64,000 nucleotides of DNA from Camelus ferus (GCF_009834535.1 NC_045697.1:22508001-22572000); one strand, 5' to 3'. Positions 1 to 11,581 are shown, numbered from the stretch's first letter. Numbers and translations are program-made. The notes: generated from the letters alone by a model not told the origin.

Positions 1-1108
1 AGTAAATATCTTTGCAATTTGATGTGACAAAGTAGCAAATATGTATCAAGCTCTTCTGTTGCATAACCAAAGTGTGATGATTGTTCCCAGAAAAAACACT
101 GGGAATTATTTGAATTGCAAGCTGAAGGAGGTTGCTTTTTTTCCATGAAATTCCATTTGTACTTGAATGAATGATTTATTGACAAATTATGTTTACTTAC
201 AACTGGATATTTGACAAGAATTCTTTTCAAAATTAAATGATGTGAGCCTGTCACTTCATGGAAAACAAATGACAGTGGTTTTTGCCAATGTTAAAATTTG
301 AATGCTCAAAGTGAAAATTAGCCTTCTGGAAAACTTGAATACATTCCCATGAGCTCCTCAATATTTAAGAACATTTCTGCTGAGACTGGAAATAGTTATA
401 AAATGTGATTTTTTGATATTATAAAATAAAATGTATAAACATTTGTAGTGTTTTAATAGATCAAAGAACCAATGCCTTTCACATGACCAATGCATGATGT
501 CATAAAATCATTCAAGGGCAAAGCATACTTTCACAGTGTATGATGGCTCCATGGCATTTTAATGAATCAGAGCATGAAAAATCAACTTAGTTTCAGATTC
601 TACTTTGCAACTGACTTTAAAGTAGCTATCATTTCACAAGTTTTGGTGAAGTATAAAAGAAGAATATCAATAATTTTCTAAAAGTCAGTCAAACACCTCT
701 TTCCTTTTCAACTACTTACTTGTATGAGCCTGAATTTTCTGCACAGACTTCAGACAAAACAACATGTTGCAACTGATCAAGTGCAGATGCAAATATGAAA
801 ACTCAGCTGCTTTCGATTAAGTCAGATCTCAAAGAGATTTGCAGAATTGTAAAACAATGTTATTCTTTTTTGCTAATTTATTATTTACTTTAAAAATATG
901 GTTATTTTTCATAAAATATATTATTTATGTTTTATGTAATAGGTTTATTATTGTTATTTTAGCATAATACATAAAATTTTTCAATGGTAAGTTCTAATAC
1001 AGCAAGTCAATACTGATAGATATAATCTACATAAACTAAAGTCTTTTTTCAGTTTTTAGTAATTTTTATGAGTGTAAAGGAGTTTTGAGACCAAAAAGTT
1101 TGATATCT
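1..1108 (+). mobile_element. hAT-Charlie DNA transposon, Charlie1/1a-like, 3' part (5' end lies outside the window)
   Basis: Colinear with the recalled Charlie1 consensus, e.g. GTGAGCCTGTCACTTCATGGAAAACAAATGACAG and the terminal GAGACCAAAAAGTTTGA. Positions 705-740 translate to FSTTYLYEPEFS, a decayed hAT dimerisation motif (F.TTYLCE..FS). Many stops and frameshifts. Confidence 0.9.
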
Positions 1109-1244
1109 ACAGAAGGTAATGTTTCCATGGGGAGATATTTTATGAAACCCTGATAACCTTTTATAGTTGGATATCTCAATACTTCTACTAGCTCTAAGTG
1201 TATTCCTTTTGGAATTCATTCTTATTGTAGACAGTTATATTCCC

Positions 1245-1400
1245 TAATTCATTTCTTCATTCAGTCAACAATTACTGACACCGGTCTAGATGAAGATATA
1301 GCAGAGGAAATAAAAAAAACCAAGCAAGAAATTACCTTTCATTTGGACTATGTACTAGTAGAAAAGACAGAAGTTTATAAATAAACAAATATACAAAATA
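1245..1400 (-). mobile_element. L2 LINE 3'-end fragment
   Basis: ATTCATTTCTTCATTCAGTCAACAATTACTGA ... GATATAGCAG ... TAGTAGAAAAGACAG ... AAATAAACAAATA matches the reverse-complemented L2 3' end. Confidence 0.6.
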
Positions 1401-2139
1401 TAATGCTTCTATATTATAAATATACTTCTAAGTCAGTCATAAAGACCTAGAATTTAAAAGTAATTATTTCACACACCATATGAATTTTAAGCCACAAAGA
1501 AAGAGAGATTTCATGAACTCTTTTGGTTAGTTTCTAATTTGAATCAATCATCTTGGCCCATCTTTACATGAATATTTGGATGCAAATCAGAACATTCGTT
1601 GGCCACAATGGTGCAAAAAGAAAGTCATTTAGACTCTGTAAAATCTACTCCATATGGCCCACTTGGCTATTGAGTTAGCAGATTTTATTTCATAAGCATT
1701 CTAGACTTGGCCACGTTATCACATACCCTGCCTCTTCTAGGTTAAGGTATTGCATAATCTATTTGGACCACAATCTAACTGTGATACCTTTCAGGATGAT
1801 GGAAGGAAGTAAACTTTGTTTAAGTTTATGAACTAAATAAGACCAGTTTTCCTCCATTTTATTTTCTCCTTCGTGCTTTCCCCACTAATCTCCTGAGCTG
1901 CAATTATCTCTTTTGTTTTGGCACCACTAGTCTATCTCTAATTTCCATATCAAAGATTCAAATCTGACATCGCAACATTCAGTCTTTGTGAAGTTGGGAA
2001 TATTTTTATATCCTCCCACAAAAATCCCAGTGTATAGAATTGTCAAGTCAATTACTTCTGCAAATTTGAACACAGAATCAGTGTATCTTAAAATCCATTT
2101 ATAGGGGATCAATTTTCACCAATCACAACATTTGGCTGA

Positions 2140-2672
2140 ATCAGAAAAAATAAAATACTTATGGGTATGTTAAAGAGAAGGGCTTATAAAGGGATTTTGA
2201 AGCTTTAAAGGAATGGCAAACAAACACATACACATTGAAAAGCTTGGAGGCACAAAGATCAGGGCTACTGATTCTAATATTTAGGAAATCAAGAAATGCA
2301 AGAAATATCAAAAACCACTGTGGTTAATCTTGGTTGTCTGCAGCACCAAGTGAGCGATTATTCAGATAAGACAGGAGCTGCAGGACAACGTGTGTCTAAG
2401 ATCTGCTGAAGATCATGAGAAGCTTATAGGCTGTTATAGGAACAATATTAACCTTTGCTACTCTTTTGCCTTATAAATCACATGTAAGTTCTTTTCATTA
2501 CTGGAATTTAATTCATAATCCTGAGTGTAAGTGATTCTGGGAAATGTAGTTCACAGGCTTCCACACTGGGTGGAGAGCATGGAAGAATTTGAAAATCAGG
2601 TTGGTTATTGGAAAATCAAAAGTAATATCCATCATATCAAGACAGTAAATATGCCAAGGTAAATGTGCCACA
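2140..2672 (-). mobile_element. Old MaLR LTR (MLT1J/K-like), degenerate
   Basis: Contains TCTGGGAAATGTAGTTC (~2537) and ends in TGCCACA, typical of antisense old MLT1 elements. Left boundary approximate. Confidence 0.55.
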
Positions 2673-2809
2673 GTGAAAATCTGAAAAAAAATTTTCTTAT
2701 GAGGCATCCGGCAATCAAATGACTAGACACATTATTAAAATCTTTGTGTGGTAATTTAATAAGTCAAAAGTCTTAGAGAAAATATAAGATTTTAGTAAGG
2801 GAGACAGAC

Positions 2810-3306
2810 TGTTAAGTCACAGAAGGGTAGCACCTGTTGACAGATTGAAATCATAGTTCAGGCATACAAAGTGGGGTTGGATGGCCATTGAGGATTTGGT
2901 CTTAGACATATCTCCGCAGTCCTGAGAACTTGAACTTTCTGTGAACTGTACCAAACTCAAGGACACCACCAGCCATTTAAAAAACAACATCTGCTAGCTG
3001 CAGACTTGTGGACTTAAGGTTGTTCCCCTTTGTAACTATGCAATCATTTTGGACCCCAACTAATCCTGGCTTAAGGAGAACCCTCACTTCTTGCCAGCTC
3101 CAATTATAGTTCTTGATAAAAACTCATGCAATGAACTGTGGCCTTGAGGTTTTGCCTTTATAAACTTCCTTCCTCCATTTTGTAGTTGAGTGGAACACAA
3201 TTCAAGTGGTACTTGAATCTGTGTCTCCAGGGCTGCGATCCTCATAAACCCCAGTAAACACTTGTTTATTTCAATCAGGTCTCTGTTTCTGAAATTGTGA
3301 TTAACT
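2810..3306 (+). mobile_element. 5' LTR of a class I (ERV1) provirus
   Basis: Termini TGTTAA ... TTAAC(T). TATA-like TTTATAAA at 3157-3164 and polyA variant AGTAAA at 3253-3258. Followed within 5 nt by a PBS. Confidence 0.85.
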
Positions 3307-3310
3307 TAGC

Positions 3311-3328
3311 TGGTGTCGTAGGCAGGAT
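3311..3328 (+). other. Retroviral primer-binding site, probably tRNA-Ser
   Basis: TGGTGTCGTAGGCAGGAT matches TGGCGTAGTCGGCAGGAT (complement of the tRNA-Ser(AGA) 3' end) at 15/18 and lies directly after the LTR. Confidence 0.7.
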
Positions 3329-3598
3329 CCAGGTCAGTGCCTCTCAACAGTCTGGAGCGCCTTTAGACTCGGTGTGTGATACCTACCTGGACCCACCGCA
3401 GGAAGCTGTGTCTTCAGTCGCTTGGAGGCTGTGAAGTTAGGACTTTTGTTCCAAACCTCCCATTTGGTGGAGGTTTGGGTCTTTATTAGGGTGTTTCTCA
3501 ATGTCAACACTAATCTCCCTCTCTTTTGGGAGTGGGAGTGTCCATCTAGAGATCTGTGTTTCAAGGTTTGTAAAAAATTTTGGTGAGTACTCAAAATA

Positions 3599-3880
3599 AT
3601 GTGAAGTTCTCACAGCAAAAATGTGAAGAAAATGAATCCCTGCCCCCTCCCCCAGGAATACCGCCAGCTTTATGTTTAACACCTGTGGACTCTCAGCCTG
3701 TAACTACCTATCTAAATGGACCCATTTAACCTGGGATAATTTTAAATTGCACTGGCCAAAATGAGAAGCTTTCCAAATGCCCAAATTAGTCTATCTTCGT
3801 GCATGACTAAAAAAAGTATCAGAACCAGACAAAATAAGTAGGAAGCATATTTTAATTGGTATGAAGAGGTCTCTAAAGGT
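3599..3880 (+). pseudogene. gag: Decayed retroviral gag (matrix) 5' end
   Basis: ATG TGA AGT TCT CAC AGC AAA reads M*SSHSK, i.e. an MGxxxSK myristoylation signal with GGA>TGA. Downstream, after a frameshift, it reads CNYLSKWTHLTWDNFKLHWPK*EAFQMPKLVYLRA, followed by a C-rich (Pro-like) stretch near 3970-4080. Confidence 0.7.
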
Positions 3881-5949
3881 AACACTGAGAAAATTGCTTC
3901 CTTCTAAGCTATAAATGAAAAGTTGACTCAGACTGTCAACTTGAAAAATCAGCTGAGTTTTCTTACCCTTCTGTCACGCCCTTCCCAAATTCTTCAACTT
4001 CTCCTCCATCCCTTTACTTGCCTTTTCCTGAGCTTCACTTTTATCTGACTGACTCCTTTCCTCTACCTCCTCCTCCCACACTAATTCACATCCTTGAGCC
4101 CAGAGCACTCACTGATACTCTGTTGTGGTAGCCCCCTTTTAAAACTAAGCCCATTGGATGAGGAGAAAAACTGCCCCACTTCCTCAGCAATCCCTCACTC
4201 CTTCTTACAAATAACCAGAAAATAAATCAGCTAGATGCCAATATTTAAGGGCTAATAGATACAACAGTCCTTGTCCTGTAAATCCCTACAAAATCAGAAG
4301 TACAACTCTAGAAACAAGTCAAGGGCCCCTATCTTTACCAGTCCCAAGGTCTTTCTTAGTCCTTTCAAAATGATTATAGGCATTATGAAAGACCAGGATA
4401 ATAGAGCAAAATCGCTGTACTTAAGAAAACAAATTAATAATGATTACCCTAAGACTTATGATAATGGACAAATATACTTCAAAATTCCTAGCAGAAAAAT
4501 TACGTTTTCTTTCTCTGTCCCTTAAAGTTATAAATCTTATCATGTCATTGAAGTGTAAACACAGCTCACATTACCTGAGACTGAGCCCAGAGTACCTCAG
4601 TCAGTGAAGCCTGAATCATGTTTAAAAAATAATAATAAGGCAAGAGGGCTTTTAGAAGCGCATTCTGCTAAAAGGACTCTCTCTTGCACAAACAGGCTGC
4701 TTAAAGTTGCTTGTCAAGGGCAAATACAGATCCTAAGAATCTTCTCCACAAATAATAAAACATTTTTAGCCACCTGAGTAATCTAACTTATTCAAATGTT
4801 ATTTATAAGCTAGTGAGCTTTGTATTGTACCTGATTCATGACTAAAGTTTTAAAATGAAAACTCTAAGACCTCCGGCTGTGTCTGTTTTTATGTCTATGT
4901 GTCTATGTCATAGATACTGTGTTTTTCTACCTCCAGTGGTATGGCCAAAATTCATTTATGAAAGAGCTCTATTTAATTGCCTTAAACAAATAAGCACTTA
5001 AATAAAAATTGTCAAAAATATAATAGAAACTAACTCAATTGTTTTTCAAATTCACTTGATCTAGGACGATTTTTAGTAAATAAAAACTAATTTTAATCTT
5101 GTTGATTTAAGTGATACAGGTATGCCTTTAGGATTTACACTAAATATAATGGAGATAAACAATTTTTGTTCTACCTGGGTTTACTAGTCAAATGGACTAA
5201 TGTATCTGTTGCAGAGTTTGTCAGCAAAGAAAAAAATTAAGATAATGACTAACTGCTTTAATGGTACATGAAATTTCCATGAATGATTCAAGTATAATTA
5301 TTAAGAATAAATGAATTAAATAGATGTAGATGATAAGAGTTTTCAGGTGAACATTTTAACAATTGTTTCATGATATATCTACTTAAATCGTTTCCTAAAC
5401 TTCTTTGGTGATTTACACCATGAGAGTTTTGCTAAGTTAAATGATAGTAATTCATTGTATATCTAGATCATTTCCAAATAAGATAAAATACTAAAATATT
5501 AATTGCTAAACAAATTTACCTATTTTGATCTCTTATTATAGAAAGATTAAGTATACTTGGGTCTATTCATAAATATATTTTCTGGTTCACTGAAAATTAT
5601 ACCATGTAATAGGATATGTTTCTAGAAATTATAAAATGATTTTATAAATTTGCCAAGCCACAAAATGTTAACACAGTTCACATTTGTTTGCTTCTTTATT
5701 TTCACTAAAAGATTAAAGTTTCAAAGGATTAAGAGTTCTCATAAATATATGGTGTTAAAGCTACCGGATATAATAATGGAAATGGAATGTGTTTTGTGGT
5801 AAGAAAAGGTACAAGGTGTGGAGATGTTTTTTAATAAAAATAAAGTGATTTTGTTCTAAAGCTGGTTATTTCTAAATGAGAAAGAAAACAAATGACAAAC
5901 TAAAATGCACATGTAAATTTGTAAAATGTTTGTAAAAACAGGGATCTTT

Positions 5950-6102
5950 TTATATTTTTTTACAAAATTTTTACAATTTTTTTTATTGAGTAATAGTCAG
6001 TTTGCCATGTTTAGTCAATTACTGGTGTACAGCACAATTTTTCAGTCATACATGAATATATATGTATTCATTTTCCATTTTCATATTCTTTTTCACCATG
6101 AG
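5950..6102 (-). mobile_element. 5'-truncated L1 3' end nested in the ERV
   Basis: T-rich tail, then TTTATTGAGTAATAGTCAGTTT ... CTGGTGTACAGCA ... CAGTCATACAT (artiodactyl-type L1 3' end). Flanked by 15-bp TSD-like copies AAAACAGGGATCTTT (5935-5949) and AAAAGGGGGATCTTT (6103-6117). Confidence 0.75.
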
Positions 6103-7199
6103 AAAAGGGGGATCTTTAGAAAGGAATTTTATGTGTGGTCAGAACTGGAAAATATTGGAATAAATTTAGTTAAGTAAGTGAGTTTTAATATTAAAAATAG
6201 ACTGGTGCAAAATTAAAATTTGGTTTTCTGTCTGTTAAAAGGAAAATTCTTTTTCTATTGATCTACTCTTGATAATAAGAGATTATGAAAGGTTCTTCTT
6301 TCCATTTATTCTGCCTAAAAACAAAACAAAGGTCTTATGTCTTGTCAAAATAATTACTCACGGTCTATATTTTTTTTTATTGTTTTTAACAGGTCTTTGA
6401 TTACTTAAGTAAGTCTCATCCTCTCAATATTAAAAGAGCTAAGTTTTGCTCAAAACTTTATACCCTTCTAAATTTGCCTATGAAGCTTTTGTTATTTTGG
6501 TTAAATGGATAACTAAGCATTGTATCAGCGAAACCGCTCTGATATTTTTGACAAACTTCCCCCAAATTAAATTCTCAATGAAGTCTTTTTAATCTTAGAA
6601 CTAACTTTGAGATGTTTTCTCTCTTTATAAAAGAAGAAATATTAAACTAATTAGTCATATTTGATATGCTAAGTTACATGGGAAGCATTATCAAATAAGA
6701 ACGGGTGTTCAGCCTTCTTTATGTTGCATCTGCATGGATATGTGTTATAAGTGTTCTAGAAATTGTGTGAAACTCCTGACGTCTTATAACTCCTGACATA
6801 AAATGTTATCTGTCATCAAAACTGAAGCTCAGACTAAAACTACTGAACCCATGTATCAGGGAAGTGCCCTACTGACATTCATGCAAAGGCAGAAACAACA
6901 CAAGAATCTATAATATAGCACATGTGGATGAAGTTCATTCTGCTTCAGCAGAAAAAAATATTGACTCTTCTTTGCTAGACATTTGCCGTTCTGATATCCT
7001 TATAACATGTAACAACTTGTTCCTAAATCAGGTAAATTAAGATGTGTAAACAATAGCTGTAAATTAAATAGTCAAGACTATGGGAAACCCAGGATGGCTG
7101 CTTGGTTCTTTCCAGCTCCCTGACGTAACCCATTTTCTATCTGATGGGGAGAAACTTTCCCTCGCTGCAAGGCTGATGCCCTCACATTGGCAAAGAAAC

Positions 7200-7367
7200 T
7201 TAGAAAATGTGTTTTCCACTTGGGGTATACCTTCAGCAGTCTCCAGTGATCAAAGCACCCACTTCACTGGGCAAATCATACAAACCTTAACAAAGACCTT
7301 ACAGGCTTCTTGAAATTATCACTGTCACTATCACCTCCAATCAGGCAAGGACAATAGAACAAATGGA
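7200..7367 (+). pseudogene. pol: Retroviral integrase catalytic-core remnant
   Basis: ORF 7080-7313, read through its stop, gives LENVFSTWGIPSAVSSDQSTHFTGQIIQTLTKTLQAS*NYHCHYHLQSGKDNRTNG. This matches the G.P..i.SD.G.hF ... H.aYhPQSsG.vER.N integrase pattern; the catalytic E is lost. Confidence 0.85.
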
Positions 7368-7451
7368 AAACCTGGACTCAAGCAGACAAGAATTACACAG
7401 GATTGAATGAACTGATGCATATGATTATAATTTTTATGACTTTTGTTTAAA

Positions 7452-7519
7452 ATATTATTAGTATTTAATATAATATTACTATTATTTAATATAATATTAC
7501 TGTTATTTAATATAATACT
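7452..7519. repeat. AT-rich minisatellite, ~3 copies of a 21-bp unit
   Basis: Unit TATTTAATATAATATTACTRT starts at 7462, 7483 and 7504 (last copy partial). Confidence 0.85.
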
Positions 7520-8099
7520 AAAAAACTTTTTTCCCCAAATATAAGGAATTTTTTTCTAAGAATTAGAGAAATTTGGTGAATTATATTTTTATAAGCACAA
7601 CTGAAATATTTTCTTTTTCTCCTTAACTGATTACTTCAGAATTCAGAAATTCTCAAACTAAAACTACCCTTTCCTTGAAGTGCTACAAACTGAAGTTAGA
7701 CACGTTGATATAAACTTCAGAGAAATTGCCACAACAGCTCGTATATAAACAGTCCTCATACCTGTTGCTATATGAGCCACTCAAAAAGTCTACCCTATAC
7801 CCGATGGCATCATCAGAGACATTTCAAACTACAAAATATGCTTCAACCCTGACACCTAGAAAGCTTCTTGATTGATTGCCTCTGGGCTAAAAAACTATAT
7901 TTGCTCTAATTATTAACCTTCTCTTTTCTTTTGTTCCCATAGAAGTGCCTCTAATTAAATACCTGATTACTTGCACCATTGACCTAGCTTTGAGAGCCCA
8001 CATGCATCACCACTCCCTGAAATGAGATACAACGTTTAACTGAACTGACCTGTTCTCAGAACTAAGAAAATATAAATTACTGGAAAAGATAGCAACCGA

Positions 8100-8600
8100 T
8101 TCATTAGTTTGTTTAAGAAATAATTATTGTGCTGGCACTGCTCTAGGCTCTGAGAATGTAACAACCATAATCACAACATACTCCCTGCTGTCCAGAAACT
8201 TACTTCTTTGGAGAAGATGGGTAACAAAACAAGTAACAAATGAGCAGACAGATCAGTCTTACTTATGAGGAAATAATCAGTTAAATGATAGAGAGTGACA
8301 GGAAATGTGAGTTAGGCAGAGTGGTCAAGAACAGGAGCTCTTGAGTATGCGACATGTGAGCTGAGACTGGGGGTTGAGAAGAAACCGTTCATCTGATGGG
8401 AAGGGGGCAAAGATGGTTTCAGGCAGAGAGAATAATAAACCTCAGGCCCTGAGAGGTGAGAAGAGTCTTCATATGGCCAAGAAACAGAATGGAAGTCAGA
8501 GTGGCTGGAATATACTGAGCAAGGTGGAGAACAGAATGAAATTCCGCTGGAGAGGTACACCAGGATCAGATCACGAAAGGTCTTGGCATATGCAGTGGCG
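8100..8600 (-). mobile_element. L2 LINE 3' region
   Basis: GTGCTGGCACTGCTCTAGGCTCTGAG ... TGTGAGCTGAGAC ... TTTCAGGCAGAGAGAA ... AGGCCCTGAG ... GTGGCTGGAAT is characteristic antisense L2. Confidence 0.8.
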
Positions 8601-9500
8601 CTGAATAAAGGTCCCTGTAATTAGTGAAGCTGATGAGTGAGGAGAATGACGGGTTAACCATGGGCAAGGTGAGCTCCTAAAAGCACCTGAAGTTTTCACA
8701 CAGAGCTGGATACCTTTTTAACACATATGAGAGACCTCTGAAGGATCTGAGGTTTTGGTGTAGAGACAGAAATTACTGGATTGAAGATCCACTTAAGGTT
8801 GGGAAGGGGTAATTTCTAAACTGAAAAGAAAACAAGAACTTTTAGATTTCATGGACAAAAATGTTAGAGAAAAAAAGCAAACCTTTATGAGAAGATAAAA
8901 ACAAGAAAGAAATGGAAAGTTTACTATTTTTCAAGAATTTAACTAGCCTTTCAGTGAAATAAGCAGGCAAACTTTAAATTCTCACTTGCCTTGTACTTAA
9001 TTTAAGGTGTCACTTTTGATGAATTATTTACCATTTATATTTCTCTTTTTTTTTTGGTTTTTGACATTATATTATGCTTTTTTTTTAATAATTGGCTGTA
9101 TTCCTTTATGCAATCCGTTTTTTAATTCAATTTTAGCTATACTACATAATTTAATGGCTCTTTTTGTTGTCAACTTTGTATAATTACTATTGCCTTTGTA
9201 TAATTACTATTGTTTAGGTGAATCTTTTTTGCCATGTAGCATCTAAAAGAAAATAATAATTTAAAAATGTCAGAAATAAAAACTGTAAAGTAGTCTGCAC
9301 AAATCCTCTGAGAAAGGAACAAAGGGATCATATTGGCGATAGACAAAAGATTTAGGTCAAAATTTTAAAGAGAAAAACCCTAGCATATGCTTAAGGAACA
9401 TATGGTGTGTCAGAACCATGAAATGGTTATTTTATAAGACTGTATTCCACAGTAAATTTCCTGTATTATTCAGTCTTGTTAGTAGCCATCATCATCACTT

Positions 9501-9650
9501 TTTGTTTGTTTGTTTGTTTGTTTGTTTTGTGGAGGAGGGAGGTGATTAGATTGATTTGTTTGTTAATGTATTTGCATGTATACTGGGGATTAGAACCCAG
9601 AACCTCCTGCATGCTAAGCACACACTCTACCACTGAGCTTTATCCTCCCT
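9501..9650 (-). mobile_element. tRNA-Ala-derived camelid SINE (Vic-1-like)
   Basis: The minus strand reads GGGAGGATAAAGCTCAGTGGTAGAGTGTGTGCTTAGCATGCAGGAGGTTCTGGGTTCTAATCCCCAGTA, a tRNA-Ala-like head with A and B boxes, and has an (AAAC)n tail. TSD-like AT[C/T]ATCACTTT on both sides, at a TTTT/AAAG L1-endonuclease-type site. Confidence 0.85.
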
Positions 9651-9989
9651 GCAATTATCACTTTAAAATAATTTATGACCTACTTTGTGTTGGTCAGTAT
9701 ACCGGGCGCTGGAAAGAAAAGTGGTATTTTGTCTGAAATCAGGCTTAGAAGACAGCCTTCCTCTGGTGCCGTAAACTCCATTTCCTTTGCAGGATTTTAC
9801 TGTCAAGATTTTCAATCCAAAACATGAAAAGACCAATCTAAATTAAATCTGGATTGAGGATACATACAAACAGATGTTAGGGGAGGCTCAGAGTAGAGAT
9901 ACATTTTGAGAATATATTAAATGTTTAAAAATTTGTATTTGTTTATACCACAGATGGAGAGGTTGAGAAATTCTTATTTAAAAAGTAGT

Positions 9990-10215
9990 ACTAGCTTGTG
10001 TTTACATAGCACTTCATAGTTTCAAAGTCTTTATACTTCCAATATTTCATATGAGTCTCAGAATAATTCTTGAGGTAAACAAAGCAGCCACTTTCCCAAG
10101 TGTGTGAATGAAGTAGGAGCCAAGTGGACGGGAGACCTGCATAGATCTTGCATAGGACAGGTGTGAGCTCAAACCCTCACTTTCTGTTCTGCTTTTCAAA
10201 GACCTTTCTACTGTG
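9990..10215 (-). mobile_element. MIR SINE, degenerate
   Basis: TTTACATAGCACTTCATAGTTTCAAAG ... TGAGTCTCAGAATAATTCTTGAGGTA ... CTCAAACCC ... CTTTCTACTGTGC. Confidence 0.6.
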
Positions 10216-11057
10216 CAGGGCAGCTTTGTTATCTTCTGTCTAGAAAAAATAAGGCCAAAGTAAGTTGAACTATTTGGATTATAAAGAGAAATTAATTGTA
10301 AGCCTTACACTGAAATTTAAAATAAAATAAAACTCACCAGTGTTGTGTGGTGCTGTATGAGTTATCGAGAAAAGACACAGAATTTGTTTTGTGAAAATAT
10401 TTAGAGAGCATCATACGACAGAAGCTATCGTTTATGAAGTGCTAACTATGAGCCAGATAGTTTCTCCAGGGATATTATTATGTCCATTTTAGAAATGAGA
10501 AGATATACTCAGTGTTCGTACTCTATCAATCAGGACTGTTAATTTTCATTCATAGAAGCCGCTCTGGCTCATTTAAGGATTTTATTTAAGGATGGTAGTA
10601 ATTCTCCAGCTCTCCGTGAGGGCAGGGGAATCTGGCTTAGAGGCTGGGCAGCCAGGACCTGTGCCTGCCCTGGGGCACCCTTCAGAGATCCCGCAGTTTG
10701 TGACACAGACAGGGACCATGCAGATCACGTGGGAGGCCACCAAGGGGAGCCCTGCCATCTGTCCCTCTGCTGTGCTCTACCAGCCTTCATCCGAGAATGA
10801 ATTATTCATAGTCTCTTCTCTGAGTGAATAAAACCTCACGGAGGTGCATCTGATTCATTAAGTCTTCGCCACATCACAGAATCACATCAGTCACATGAGT
10901 GAGTTGAAGGGAAGCTGGGAAAACAAGTTCTCAAGTTCTGGCTTTTTTTTTTTTTTTTCCCCATGAAAGTAGTACTGATAAAGCGGTAAATTCCCCGAAC
11001 AAAGGACTTCTGATTAAAAATGATCGCCAAAATCAGGACACATGTCTACCCTGCCAC

Positions 11058-11581
11058 TGTGGTAGATTTTAGAAGTGGCCATAAATTCATTCTTTACATA
11101 GACTCAGGCTTTTACTGTGTGAGGATTGAAGCTCCTTCTATCAAAAGGTAGAGCCTCTTCCCCCAAACCTTGAGTCTGGGCAGGACATGAGACCTGCCTG
11201 CACAGTGCAGTGAGGTACAAAGGGCACTGCGCCCCTTCCAAAGCCTGCACCTCCAGACGCTTTCTGCACATCCGCTGTCCCTCTAAGAACTCTGCTGTCC
11301 CGGGGGAGCACCGGCAAGCTCACGTCCTGAAGGACGGAGACTGCACGAAGTAGACGGTGACACCACAGCCTGGGCCCAGACATACGCGAGGGTCGCACAA
11401 GGGACCCCAGGCCACCCACAGTTGACTGCGGATGCCTGCATGAGCTCCACTGGACAGCCAACCTGGGCTACATCAGAAGACCCCCCTCAACCCACCTGCA
11501 GACCATGAGCCCCTTTATGCTTGACCTTATGAGCTACTAAAACTTAAGGTGGTTTGTATGCAGCAAAAGCCATGTGATAGA
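11058..11581 (+). mobile_element. MaLR solo LTR (MLT1G/H-like)
   Basis: Starts TGTGGTAGATT ... TGGCCATAAATTC, has internal CCTTGAGTCTGGGC, and ends CTACTAAAACTTAAGGTGGTTTGTATGCAGCAAAAG ... TGATA. Confidence 0.8.

Larger units (their letters stand above)
3311..8070 (+). mobile_element. ERV1 internal region (MER34/MER4-group-like, non-autonomous, long AT-rich filler); no 3' LTR
   Basis: Contains, in order: PBS, splice donor TG|GTGAGT (3583), gag 5' remnant, AT-rich filler (~4500-6900), integrase core remnant, and a strong acceptor ending at 7942. Right boundary approximate; L2 follows. Confidence 0.75.

Noticed and set aside
6101..6111. Polypurine-tract-like AGAAAAGGGGG suggesting a 3' LTR start
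   Set aside because: It is not followed by TG or LTR sequence and coincides with the TSD of the nested L1.
7080..7313. Integrase ORF as a functional or domesticated gene
   Set aside because: Only part of the core is present, there is an in-frame stop before the HPQSSG-like motif, the catalytic Glu is lost, and there is no upstream RT/RNase H frame.
9174..9212. Direct repeat CTTTGTATAATTACTATTG x2
   Set aside because: A simple 20-bp-period tandem duplication with no spacer structure or further copies; not CRISPR-like.
9580..9650. tRNA-Ala gene on the minus strand
   Set aside because: The B box and stems are degenerate, and it has a SINE body, simple-repeat tail and TSD. It is a SINE head.
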